Positions 39,421 to 52,397 of a DNA stretch of 64,000 nucleotides are shown piece by piece. Numbering within the stretch: the stretch's first letter is position 1; each line of letters begins with the position of its first letter. The stretch is from Euglena gracilis (taxonomy: Eukaryota): contig CP154954.1 of the NCBI GenBank assembly GCA_039621445.1, forward strand, positions 3,725,715 to 3,789,714, read 5' to 3'. Position numbers and translations under genes: made by a program. Below the pieces are notes generated by a model that saw only the letters and a list, made by a program, of their open reading frames with translations, was not told the DNA's origin and ran no database searches.

Positions 39421-40268
39421 CACCTATTTTTTTGAAAAAAATGGTAAATATCATTGTATTTTGGGTCGTTTTGGCGTTAGTGGCCAGAACAACTGATATC
39501 CAGCCGGGGGGGTGAGGGGCGAGCTGACTGGTTCTTTGAAAGTGACCTCCTGACATGGTCGGTGGGTCCTCTGAGGTCGGCGGGCATTTGTGGGCCCAGG
39601 ATGGGTGGGCGGGTGGCCCGCGTGAGACTCGATGCCAATTGATTGTTTGTCTGCACAATGAATTTCTGCCACACGTCGCCCCCCCCCCCCTGTTTTCAGG
39701 CTGTTCCAACCTTGGGACCTATGGGCTGGTCGGTCACGTTCCATATGGCAGACCGCCTTTCCGACCTCACCATCCATTTTCTGAGTATGTCTGTTGAGCA
39801 CTGACCCCAACAATTCTCATCCTCGACAATTAAAGTCTTCCAAATGGCAAAGAAGGAAAAAGGGCCATTTCAATTTTAATTTACCTGTTGATTTGTATTG
39901 AGTTTTTAGTTCCAGGTTGGGGAGATGGGTTCAGGTAATTTGGCTCAGACAATATTTGCGCAGTCGCTAATCGCCGAATGATTGAGTCATACAAATGGGC
40001 ATTTGAAGGAGACTTCCTATTCTGTGGATATTTGAGAATGGAGACAAGATCACCTTTCCATTTTTGGTTGGTGGTCATTTTCATTGTGTGGATGAATTAC
40101 CATAGGATGAAACTTTGCTGTATGTACATATGAACGTTGGCCAGATTCTGCCTTTTCAAACTCGCAGCAAATTCGGGCAAATTGGGGTTGATGACGGGGG
40201 TGCAGGTCCCCTCCGTTGATTTGCCTCCTACTGACCTTGATCTGCCCTTGGTGATGCTCTCAGACAAC

Positions 40269-40302
<34 letters not shown>

Positions 40303-41326
40303 GTTGGAAGATTTAATTTTTTTTTGTGTATTCAAAAGGCAAGCCGGGTGTATCTTTGTTGTGTGCGCTGTTCGTTGGGGACAGAAAACTAAAGATGCTG
40401 ATGCTTTTGTCAGACAGTCACTAGTTTGGGCAGATCCTGCCAGGATATTTTACACGTGCCAGAATGGCGCTTTTGTACACGTTTGTGAATATGAAGGTGA
40501 ATGGATCTCGTAAACTTCCCATGACACTTCACTGGGGACAGCTGAGCCCCTCATCAACAGTCCAGATTGTTTTGAGGTTTTTTTGTTGATTCAATTTTTA
40601 TTTTCCAGTGATGCTGGTGCACTACGAGTTCGTTTGTCAGCGATGTATGACAGGTGTGTTTATGCAGCAGCCGGACCAGGCAAATGAATAAATGAGCTGA
40701 CAGATGGATTGAATAAGGGATGCAAATACATTGATAACAGCTTTGACAATAATCAAGATGTTGATACCCTAAATCACCGTGCTTGTGCCTGGTCAACATG
40801 TGCAATTCTTCTCTCAAACTCTCTAAATATAGTTCAGCCTCATCGCGACATAAAAACAATATGTCAAGAATTTTAGAGATGATAGCGACAATAACAATGA
40901 CAGAACCCATGCAAATTCTCGAGTTGCCAGGAGCTCTTCAAAAATTCACCCCCAGCAGCGCTTATTCGGAATGGAGAAGATCTTTTTCGGGCCATTTTAG
41001 GCCATTTTGGCATCTAGTTCTGAGTTGATGTATGTGTTGGAATAGACATACGTAATGCAAAAACGGACTCAGGTTTTGGGTTGGACACAGGTATTTGGGG
41101 TTGAAGTGGATGCAGGCACCACTAGGGGCCAGGCTTCTCTTTAAGGAAGTGTGCACGTCCCTGGGGGGGTGCCATGGGCAGACAAGGGGGGTTGGCACTT
41201 GCGACCCCCCCCCAGGGGGAGGGTTTTGGGTGGGTAGCGCTGTAGCACACCCCTGGTGCCAAAGGTGCTGGGGCAGGGCAGAACGGGAATTTGTCCAAAC
41301 AGCCAGGGTGGTGGGTCCGGGGGGGG

Positions 41327-41395
41327 GTCGCTGAGCTCTTATCCCTTTATGGGTAAGCGAAGCTTACCCTGGGCAAAGGGGGGGGTCGGACCTGC

Positions 41396-41428
<33 letters not shown>

Positions 41429-44200
41429 CTCTAGGCGGTAGACTGGGGGGGGGGGTAGTGGGTGGTCGGCCGACTAGGCCTGGTCGGCAGCTAGTCGGCG
41501 AGACGGGGGGGGGGGGTTGTGGGTGGTCGGCGGATTAGTCGGCCGACCACCCACTCTAATGTAGTTACGGGCCAGTCTCGCCGACTTTTAAGCCCCCCCC
41601 CCCCATGAAGAAAATTGTATGCAAACTAGTCGATGGCTAGTCGGTGGTCATAAAAATGGTCTGTGGCGGGTCCAAACCACCCGGAAATGGTCCGGATGGG
41701 TCCAAATAAGTGCCTTACACCAACATAAACACCCTCAGATGGAAATCTTTGGTCGGTGGGGGTCGGTGGGCCCTTGATGGGGTCCGGAGGGGTAAAAAAC
41801 CAATGATGAAACAGAGATTACATGAAAATCCTTTAGAAATGCAAGCATTCTGCATCACGACAGGCTGAAAACTCCCCCCTCCACCCCCATCCGAGCCTCA
41901 GATAACAAAACCCTTCTGTGGTGGCAACATACTCCGGGGTTAAGTCGTTTTTGTGGCTCACTTTGGCTAGGCGGGGGGGGGGCCCCCCCCCCGCAACCCC
42001 CCCCCTCAAATAACAAAATCCCTTCTATGTTGGCAATATACTTGGAGGGCTAAGTCCTTTTTGTGCAAATTTTGACTTATATTGACTTATATACAACGGG
42101 GAGAGGTGTTCTTTTGCCAAAAGTGGCCCAAAATGGACATTTTGCCCCAGTTTTTTGCATATTCACCCCCGATGGGGGGGTTCTGGAGCCATTTGGGTGG
42201 GTTTTGACTGGTGTTGGGTGATTTGGACAAAAGTTTATTCTCAGGGGGGGGGGCTTTAAAGTCGGCGAGACTGGCCCGTAACTACATTAGAGTGGGTGGT
42301 CGGCCGACTAGTCGGCCGACCACCCACTACCCCCCCCCCCCCCGTCTCGCCGACTAGCTGCCGACCAGCCCTAGTTGGCCGACCACTTGGGTGGTCGGCC
42401 GACTAGTCGGCCGACCACCCACTACCCCCCCCCCCCCAGTCTACCCTCTCGCCCCCCCCCCCCCCCCTGGGTCGGGGCCACCTCGGGAACACGCGGATTA
42501 TCACCATGATCCCGGCTCCGTTCCCGCATTTTTTTTTCAGTCACGAGCGAATGGATTTCTAGCTTCTGAATCACCTCCGTTTGACCCCCAACTCCCCGCC
42601 AGGCCCGAGTTATTCACGCGCGAAGGGGTCCAAACTGTCGGTAGGATTGGCCCGCCCCCCCCCTCTTCCGACTCTGCCATTTCGCCGGGGTCCAAAAATT
42701 GGTCAAAAATCAATTTTTCGAAGATATCTCAAGAAAAAGAAGATTATTTCCGGAAATGTCAGTCTGACGAAACATACCCCCGGAGGCCCTCTATCGCCCC
42801 CCGTTCACCGTTTTGGCTGCCGACACGCTTGGCCTGTGTTCCGTCGCGCTTTTGCGGCCTAAAACGGCCATTTTGGGGAGTTTTTTTGGGCCTTTTTTTT
42901 CGGACAAAAATCAATTTTTTCAAAATATCTGGACAATGAAGCAAATTCAAAGGAAAAGTCCGGAGAGCAAAAATGAAGCCCTTGGAATGCCTTATCCAAC
43001 CATGGTTTACTTTTCCCCAAATTTTGGCCATTTCTGGGGCTGTTTTCGGAGTCAAAAAAAAGATGTCTCCAAAATATCTCGACAATGAAGCAAAATCAAA
43101 GCAAATGTCCGGAGACCTAAATTGAAGCCCTTGGAACGCCCTATCTAGCAGTATTTTGATTTTCCCGCAACTTCCTGTCTTGCCCGAGTTACGGCCATTT
43201 TACGGCCAATTTTGGTAATTTTGTACAGTTTTTGGCTTGTTTTGACTTGGCCGTTTTCGGGCATTTTTGGGTCAAAAGGTCGAATAAAAAACAGAAAATT
43301 TTTCTTGCCCGAAACGATGTTTTTTTGGCCTTCTGAACCCGGAAAACCTGTTTTTTTGAGCCGAAAATGAGCTTTTTTCGACCCCCTGGCCCCCGTTTTT
43401 TTTTTGCCTCAAAACCCAAGGATTCTGGGTCAAAAACAAGTAAAAAAAGTCGAAAAAATCCAACAGAATGTGTATGGAGTGTATGGAGGTATGGTTAAGA
43501 GCGAAGCTTACCCCTGGGCAAAAGGGGCGGGTCGGACCCGCCCCCCCCTGGGTCGGGGCCACCTCGGGAACCGGCGGATTATCATCAGGCTCCGTTCCCG
43601 CATTTTTTTTTTTCAGTCACGAGCGACTGGATTTCTAGTTTCTAATTTCTAGCTTTCAAATCACCTCCGTTTGACCCCCAACTCCCCGCCAGGCCCGAGT
43701 TATTCACGCGCGAAGGGGTCCAAACTGCAGGTAGGATTGGCCCGCCCCCCCCCCCCCCTTCCGACTCTGCCATTTCGCCGGGGTCCAAATATTGGTCAAA
43801 AATCAATTTTTCGAAAATATCTCGAGAAAACGGACATTATTTCCGGAAATGTCAGTCTGACGAAACATACCCCCGGAGGCCCTCTATCGTCCCCGTTCGT
43901 CGTTTTGGCTGCCGACACGCTTGGCCTGTGTTCCGTCGCGCTTTTGCGGCCTAAAACGGCCATTTTGGGGCCCTTTTTTTCGGACAAAAATCAATTTTTT
44001 CAAAATATCTGGACAATGAAGCAAATTCAAAGGAAAAGTCTGGAGATCAATAATGGAGCCCTTGGAATGCCCTATCCAACCATGGTTAACTTTTCCACCA
44101 ACTTTTCGTCTAGCTGGACGAGAAGTTGGGGGAAAAGTAAAACTAAAGGAGTTAAGGCCATTTTTCGGCTAATTTTGGGGCTATTTTCGGGGTCAAAAAA
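41327..44200 (-). mobile_element. Two partial tandem minus-strand copies of the asymmetric element
   Basis: Terminal motif at 41327-41370 and partially at ~43495-43515. Segments ~42470-43020 and ~43550-44095 are near-duplicates. Confidence 0.65.
41437..42445. mobile_element. Long-TIR (foldback/MULE-like) element
   Basis: Inverted arms of ~165-200 bp built from GGTGGTCGGCCGACTAG motifs. Flanks ctctaggc / ctctcgcc match 6/8. Confidence 0.75.
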
Positions 44201-44248
44201 TCGATCCCCAAACCCCCCCAAAACCTAATTTTTTCCACCTTCCAAAAA

Positions 44249-46980
44249 CTTAGGCGGCCTAACTCGCACTTAAGGTTTTCATTTTTAGCTTGCGCTTTGG
44301 CGCAAATTTTCGATTTCTTTGAGACCCGGCGGTAGAACCCACCCTTTTGACCCTCTGGTTCCGCGGAGACCCTCCACGGTGGCGTGTGCATCATTTTCCG
44401 ATGTTGGGACCTGGGGAACAGGCCCATTTTTGGTGTTTTTCGGCCTGTGCACCATTTTGAAAAAGGTCCAAAACCCTGGGTTTGACCGCCGGGACACGTG
44501 AATTTTCCCAAAAATGGGCCGAAACCCCCGTTGTGAGTCCCTCGTTTTTGAAGCCTCAGCTGTGTTCCCCGGATGGCGTCACACAGTCCAGGTGACAATT
44601 GGCCCTTTTTGTTGTTTTTTTGGCTCTGTGATATGTCCGTGAAGAGTTTGGCTGCTGAGGCATCCAGAGGGTGGACTCTACATGCACGTTGTGAAAAGTT
44701 GGAAAAAACGGCATTTCACAGAGTTGTGATCCCTGGGTGCTTGAAGCGCGAGGAGCGGTGCAGCGGGAACCACCCTGGTGGGGGGTTGGGGGGACTGAGG
44801 GCAAGCCTAGGGACCTCTCCCAACGTCTGGTGAGCAACGCCAGGCCCCACACTGCTGGGCACAGAAGGCAATGGTTGAGGACATTTGCGCTTAAGCGCAA
44901 ATTTTTAGCTTGTGCTTAAGCGCAAGTTAAAAAATTTGCGCTTAAGCGCAAGCTAAAACAGAAGCCGCTGAGTTTGTGGGAGTCCCTCTGATGTGTTACG
45001 GTGTGTCGGGGGCCCCTCTCTGAACGGCCAGAGTGCGGGCTTGGTGAGGAAATACCTTGCGCCGAAGCGCAAAGGACATGCCTACATAATGCACTGCTTG
45101 TTCATCCACATTACACGTCAGCCGCGTGTTTGCATTTCTCAGTTTTTTGTATGATGGTTTGCGCTTCGGCGCAAATGTATTTCCTCACCAAGCCCGCACT
45201 CTGGCCGTTCAGAGAGGGGCCCCTGACACACCGTAACACATCAGAGGGACTCCCACAAACTCAGCGGCTTCTGTTTTAGCTTGCGCTTAAGCGCAAATTT
45301 TTTAACTTGCGCTTAAGCGCAAGCTAAAAATTTGCGCTTAAGCGCAAATGTCCTTTTAAATGGCAGATGTATTTGAATGCGTTCGTGCTGTGTGAGAAGG
45401 TGGGGGATAGGGGAGAATGGTGAGGGGGGTTTGTACGCTGCTGTGCCAGAAGCTGGGTTGGTGCTTTTGAACTATTCAGGTGCTGGGGAGATAGTCGTTG
45501 TTACAATAAGACGAATGGTGGGCGGTAGGCTGTGGTGCCTCAGTGACCTTGCACTCGGTGCACAAAGTGGGGTTTTTGGGGATGTTGACAGAAAGGCTTT
45601 TTCTGCTGAACAATGCCCTCCATCTGCCTGGTGGCATGTGGCTGTCTGGTGGGTTGCAAAATACCGAAGAAAGGTGTGTCAGCATGTCTTCCCTTCTCCG
45701 CCGTTGTTGATGGGCCCTTTCAATTTCTCAATTCCATTCGCTCATCCCCAAAGTTCTGTGCTTCAAATCCTGGGCGAGGAAAGGGGGGTGACGAGCTTCT
45801 TTAAAACACCCTTTCGACGCCTAAAACTGTTTCCTCGGCTGTGGTTCCCAGGGTTTATCTGGTACCTGTTCTTTTCCACACAGGTATTTTCCGACTTTCA
45901 AAAGTCGGCCAAAGAGAAGGGCCCCTCAGGCACGCTTAAGTGCGAGGCAAGTGGGAGGAACCACCGGCACTGGAAGTTGGGTTTACAACGCATAGGACAA
46001 GACACGTCTGGATATCAAGGAGTTGGTGGTTGCTTTCACACACCAGGGGGTTGGCTTCCTGCCCCAGGCAAGGCTTCCCTTCATCTGAGCTCTGTCCGCT
46101 CTGGTGATGAGATGCTTCCAGGACTGCTCTCTCCACCCGCAGTGATAAAAATGGGAAATACAACTTGATGGCTGTTGCGCCAAAGCGCAATGGGTAGGCT
46201 CATGAAGAATGGAAATTTAAGAGTTATATTGCGCCAAAGCGCAAGTAGAAATACATTTTTAAGATTGTCAAAGCAACGTGGCTCTTGCGCCGACGCGCAA
46301 TGTTGACCAGTTTTAAGTCAACGTGACTGAGAGTAGGCTTCCGTCCCCCTGTTCTGCATTTTTGTGCTCTATCTCCTCTGGTGTTGTTACTCTACCAGGG
46401 CCGTTTCTCTCCCTGCGTTGTGAGATAAGTTTTAAACAGTTACATTTGCGCTTCGGCGCAAGCCATGTTGCTTTTGCACGTTTAAAAAATGTATTTCTAC
46501 TTGCGCTTTGGCGCAAGGTAACTCGTAATTTTTCATTCTTCATGGGCCTACCCCTTGCGCTTTGGCGCAAATGGAAACACACGTTGACTCAAAAGTTGTT
46601 ATCATTGTTCAAATGCGGCAATGGTCACCCACGTGTTGAATCACAAAAAAATCAAAAATTTGCGCCAAAGCGCAAATGGTTTTATTTTTTGTAATTTCAA
46701 AAATTTGCGCCAAAGCGCAAATGAGTAGTGGAGTCCCCTCGTTTCATCACCCGCCGCTGTGTGTTCATGCACACTGGGCCCCGGCAGCGCTGTACCCGTG
46801 GACTGTGCAGTTCCCAGTCGTTGCTTTCGTCCCCAGGCCCTGGGGTGCAAGGAGAGACTGTTTTCAGACTGTCTCGAGTCTCAGGCCACGGTGGTCGGTG
46901 GTCAAACTTTTTTTGGGATTTGCGCGTCGGCGCAAATTTACAGTCACTTTCAAAGCTAAGTGCGAGTTAGGCCGCCTAAG
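44249..46980. mobile_element. Non-autonomous TIR element, CTTAG...CTAAG ends, 5-bp TSD
   Basis: 24-bp perfect TIR CTTAGGCGGCCTAACTCGCACTTA, with aaaaa on both sides. Many TTGCGC-N4-GCGCAA palindromes. Confidence 0.88.
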
Positions 46981-47940
46981 AAAAATTCAACGTTTTCTCA
47001 AAAATTTGATTTTGCGAGGTTTTGGAAGCATAAAATGCTATTGAAAATCCAAAAAAAACCCAAGAGAAAAAATATCAGTAAAATTCGACTGTGCCAAAAT
47101 TTGGTCGAATTTTTTTGACCTTCGTTTTTTTCGCCCCCTCCTAGAAACTAAACCCTCCCCCCAAATAATACCCCCCCCCCAAATAATACCCCCCCCCCTC
47201 GGGGACGACTTCGGCGACCGAAATAACCCCCCCCCCCTGGTTTCGGGCTGACGGCCCAGGTTTTGAACTGAAAATGTGGGTAAAAATCACAATCTCTGAC
47301 AATAAATTAAGAAAAAAAATCGACTTTTCTGGATCATCTGACCTTCAAAAACATGGTAAATTTCATAAGAAAGTACAAAAAAATCACCCCAAAGGGGGTT
47401 TTGGCGCTATTTTGGCTCCTACGGGACTTCGAAGAATTTCGAAAATTTTGGGGTGCTATTACCCCCCCCCCCAAATAATACCCCCCCCCCTCGGGCCAGG
47501 ACTTCAGGCGAAAAAATAATACCCCGGGGGGTATTATTTGAGGGGGGGATATTTGTGGGGGGTTTACCAATTTTTAAACCTGAAATTTTTGAGTTTTTTT
47601 TGTGACAAAATGTGGGTTTGCATCAAAAAATCATGTATTTTGTGTTCATTTTTCAAAAAAATTTCAAAAATTATCCCCGGCCAAAATCCTCGTTTCCCCA
47701 AAATTGGTGAAAATGCTGTGGTGGGTCAACCCCCCCCCACCAGGGGTCGGACCCCCCCCCCACCAGGGGTCGGTTTTCGACCCCAGTGCATTCTGACCAA
47801 GCTGGGTTTCCCCTTAAAAAATGGCATTTTCAGACCCCCAGCAGGGCGATGCCGCTGGATCCAAGGTCATGGTTGCTGGTCAGCAGTGACCCCCACCAGC
47901 CTTTTCCCTGGACTCCCATCTTGGGTTGTCTTGCTTGAAC

Positions 47941-50900
47941 CAGGGTGTGAAGTAGAGCTGAGCTCTTTGGGAGACCACCCCGGCCTGCCCGGCCCGACCC
48001 GGCCGGCGGCCCGGCAGCCTGGCCCGGCCCGGCCCGGCCCCGGCCGGCGGTTGGGCCCGGCCCGGCCCGGCCCGGCATGGCCCGGCCGGCGGCTCGGCTG
48101 GCTGCCCAGCCCGGGCATGGGCCGGGGGGTTGAAAAACGCTCATTTTCGGCTCAAAAACACTTTTTCCGGTTCCCGGGAGCAAAAAAAACATGGATTTGG
48201 GCAAAAAAATATTTCGATTTTTTGACTTTTTTTTGGCCCAAAAATGACCCAAAGTCCATAGGATTCGGGTCCAAAACGGGGGGGGGGGGCGGGGGTCAAA
48301 AAATAAAAAAACGCCCATTTTCGGCCCAAAAACACCTTTTCCGGATCCGGGAGGTCAAAAAAACATGGTTTTGGACAAAAATTTTCTTTTCGAAATTTTT
48401 CGACTTTTTCACCCAAAAATGGCCAAGTCCACCAGCCAGGGGACGGGCCCCAGCCAGGGGGCATGGGGGCGGGGTCCAGGTCGGAAAATTTTTTTGCTCA
48501 AAAGCACTTTTTTTTGATGTTTCAAGAGCAACTTTTTTTTAAAAAGTTTGCATCCCGACCTGCCTCCCGACCCCCCATTGCCCAGCCGCCCTCGGATCCC
48601 CTGCAGGTTCCCCGAATACCCGAAACTGGCCCAAAATCGCACAACCAGGCCCCGGGAACCTCAAAAAACGGTCACCCCCCCCCCCAAACCTCATGATTGA
48701 CCCCCTGGGTCCCAACTCCTCGTCTAGCCCGAGATACGGCCAATTTACGGTTTCAGGCACCGGACGGGCCCGAAATGGCCGAAACTGGCAAAACTGGCAC
48801 AAAACCACATCACATCACATCTCGGCCTGGGCGAGGAGTTGACCAAACCGCGCATACCGATCGATCAGGCGTCCCAAAGTTGTGGAATGAGGTCCTGTTT
48901 GCTTTTCTCTTTTGAATTTTTCGATTTTTTGACCCAAAATGCCCCTGCAATTTCCCCGAAAAAAAACGGTACACAACTTTTTTGCTTGGGCCATATCTCC
49001 GGACTGGCGGGCAGTTAGGGCTATTATGGGGGTGCGTTGGAAACCTGGGATCGTCTCCTAGCCTATAGGCCATTCACTTTGAGAACCCGGAAATTTGGTC
49101 ACAACGATAATCCTCAGGCCTCCCTGCCTACTCAGGGGGCAGGGGCGGGGGAGGGGGGGGACTCTCCGGCCGGGGTGGTAAGCTTCGCTCTTACTCTAAA
49201 GAGATAAGAGCTCAGCGACCAGGGTGTGACGTAGAGCTGAGCTCTTTGGGAGACCACCCCGGCCTGGCCCAGCCTGCCAGCGGCCCAGCGGCACGGCCCG
49301 GCCCGGTGCGGCCCGGCGGCCCGGCCCGGCCCGACCCGGCCCGGCCCGACCCGGCCCGGCCCGGCCCGGCGGCCCGGCGGCCTGGGAAAAACGGTCACTT
49401 TCGGTTCAAAAGCAGGTTTTCCGGGTCAGGGAGGCCCAAAAACATCGTTTTTTGGCAAATAAAAAATTAAAAAAATTTCCATTTTTTTCGACTTTTTTTG
49501 GCCCGGTTTTGACTCGAAGTCAATGGGTTGGTGGCCCAAAATGGGGCACTGACGGTCTCGAAAACACTTTTTCTGGGTCCGGGAGGTCAAAAAAACATGG
49601 TTTTGGGCCATTTTTTTTGAATTTTTTCGACTTTCTGACCCAAAAATGGCTCAGTCCACTGGCCAGGGGGACGGGCATGGGGGGGGGTCCGGGTCGGAAA
49701 ATTTTTTTTCCTCAAAAACACTTTTTTTGATGTTCTGAAGTGAAAAAAAGTGTTTTTGAGCGAAAAATTTTTTTCAAAATTTTGGGTCCCGACCTGCCTC
49801 CCGACCCCCCCCCCCTCGCCCAGCCGCCCTCAGACCCCCGCATGGGCCCCCGAACACCCAAAACTGGCCCAAAATCGCACAAGCAGACCCCAGGAACCCC
49901 AAAAAACGGTCAACCCCCCCCCCTAAACCTCATGATTGACCCCCTGGTTTGGGTCCCAACTCCTCGTCTAGCCCGAGATACGGCCAATTTACGGTTTCGG
50001 GCCCTGAACTGGCCAGAATTGGCAAAACTGGCCCCAAACCCCCAAAATGGCCATATCTCGGGCTAGGCGCATACCGATCGATCGGGCGTCCCAAAGACGT
50101 GAAATGAGGTCCCCCATCACTTTTCCTGAAGTCCGCAGCGTTTTCGAGATATTTTGAATTTTTTGATTTTTTGACCCCAGCCCGGCCGCCCTCGAACCCC
50201 CGCAAAACCGGCCCAAAATCGCTCAACCAGACCCCGGGAACCCCCAAAAAATGGTCAACCCCCCCCCCTAAACCTAATGATTGACCCCCTGGTGTGGGTC
50301 CCAACTCCCCGTCTAGCCCGAGATACGGGCAAATTACGGTTTCGGCCCCAAATGGGCCCGAAATGGCCAAAACTGGCCAAACTGGCCCAAAACCCCAAAA
50401 CGGCCGTATCTCAGGCTAGGCCAGGAGTTGGCCTAAACCGCGCATACCGATCGATCGGGCGTGAAATGAGGTCGTGAAATGAGGTCGCCATCACTTTTCC
50501 TCAACTCCGCAGCGTTTTCAAGATATTTTGAAAATTTCGATTTTTTGACCCCCAAAAAGCCTGCAATTTCCCCGGAATAAAAAACGGTACACAACTTTTT
50601 TTGCTCGGGCCCGATCTCCGGACTGGCGGGCAGTTAGGGCTATGACGGGGGTGCGTTAGAAACCTGGGACCGTCTCCTAACCTATAGGCCATTCACTTTG
50701 GGGACCCGCAAATTTGGTCACAACGATAATCCTCAGGCCTCCCTGCCTACTCAGGGGGGGGGGGAGGGGGTCAGGGGGGGTCCCAAACCGGGGTGGTAAG
50801 CTTCGCTCTAATTCTAAAGAGTTAAGAGCTCAGCGACCAGGGTGTGACGTAGAGCTGAGCTCTTTGGGAGACCACCCCGGCCCGGCCTGGTAAAAACGCT

Positions 50901-52397
50901 CATTTTCGGCTCAAAAACAGTTTTTCTGGGTCAGGGAGGTCAAAAAACATCGTTTTGGGCAAAAAGAAAATTTTCAATTTTTTTCGACTTTTTTTGACCC
51001 GGTTTTGACCCAAAGTCAATGGGTTGGTGGCCCAAAACAGGGTGCTGGCGGTCGAAAAACGCTCATTTTTGGCTCGAAAACAGTTTTTCTGGGTCCGGGA
51101 GGCCAAAAAACATCGTTTCGGGCAAAATTTTTTTTCGATTTTTTTCACCTTTTTTTCGTCCGGTTTTGACCCAAAGTCAATGGGTTGGCGGCCCGAAACA
51201 GGGCGCTGGCGGGTCGAAAAACGCTCATTTTTGGCGCGAAAACGCTTTTTTCGGGTCCGGGAGGTCAAAAATCATGGTTTTGGGCAATTTTTTTTTCGAA
51301 TTTTTTCGACTTTTTGACCCAAAAATGGCTAAGTCCACCGGCCAGGGGGGCGGGCGGGCCCCAGCCAGGGATGGGGGAGGGGGCCGGGTCGGAAAATTTT
51401 TTTTCCTCAAAAACACTTTTTTTGATGTTCTGAAGTGAAGAAAAGTGTTTTTGAGCGAAAAAATTTTTTTCAAAATTTTGGGTCCCGACCTGCCTCCCGA
51501 CCCCCCCCCTCGCCCTGCCGCCCTCGGACCCGCCGTAGTGGTCCCCGAATACCCAAAGCTGGCCGAAAATCGCACAACCAGGCCCCGGGAACCCCAAAAA
51601 ATGGTCAACCCCCCCCCCCTAAACCTCATGATTGACCCCCTGGTGTGGGTCCCAACTCCTCGTCTAGCCCGAGATACGGCCAATTTACGGTTTCGGGCCC
51701 CGAACAGGCCCGAAATGGCCAAAACTGGCAAAACTGGCCCAAAAGCCCAAAACGACCGAATCTCGGGCTCGGCGAGGAGTTGGCCCAAAGCGCGCATACC
51801 GATCGATCGGGCGTCCCAAAGTTGCGGAAGGACGTCCTGTTTACTTTTTCGCAACTCCGCAGCGTTTTCGAGATATTTTGAAATTTTCGATTTTTTTGAC
51901 CCCAAAATGACCCTGCAATTTCCCCGGATAAAAAAAAACGGTACACAACTTTTTTGCTCGGGCCAGATCTCCGAACTGGCGGGGAGTTAGGGCTATTATG
52001 GGGGTGCGTTGGAAACCTGGGATCCTCTCCTAACCGATAGGCTATTCACTTTGGGGACCCGGAAATCCAATCACATCGATAATCCTCGGGTGTCTTTGCC
52101 TACTCAGGGGGGGGGGGGCCGGGGACGGGGGGGGGGGGGGGGGGGGTGGGGGGCGGGGGGGGGGAGGGCAGGGGGTCTCCGGTCTCCGGTGGTAAGCTTC
52201 GCTCTTACTCTAAAGAGATAAGAGCTCAGCGATAATTTTTCGGGTCCGGAAATCAGGTCACATCGATAATCCGCGGGGGCCCGAGCCTACTCAGGGAGGG
52301 GGGGGCGGGGGGCGGGGGGGGGGGGGCGGGGGGGCAGGGGGGTTTCGGGGGGGTGGTAAGCTTCGCTCTTACTCTAAAGAGATAAGAGCTCAGCGAC
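47941..52397 (+). mobile_element. Head-to-tail array of three asymmetric elements plus an extra terminal module
   Basis: Units 47941-49219, 49220-50837 and 50838-52233, then 52234-52397. Each unit starts CAGGGTGTGA(c/a)GTAGAGCTGAGCTCT and ends GGTAAGCTTCGCTC..AAGAGCTCAGCGA(C). Confidence 0.85.

Noticed and set aside
45377-46168. 263-aa ORF inside the CTTAG element as its transposase
   Set aside because: No DDE or DNA-binding motif recognisable.
47538-48542. 334-aa ORF and the many other Pro/Gly/Phe/Lys-rich ORFs
   Set aside because: They are translations of homopolymer-rich repeats and contain no domain motifs.
47941-52397. Recurring ~45-bp hairpin motif as a CRISPR repeat
   Set aside because: Intervals are 1.3-1.6 kb and homologous to each other, there are no cas genes, and the context is eukaryotic.
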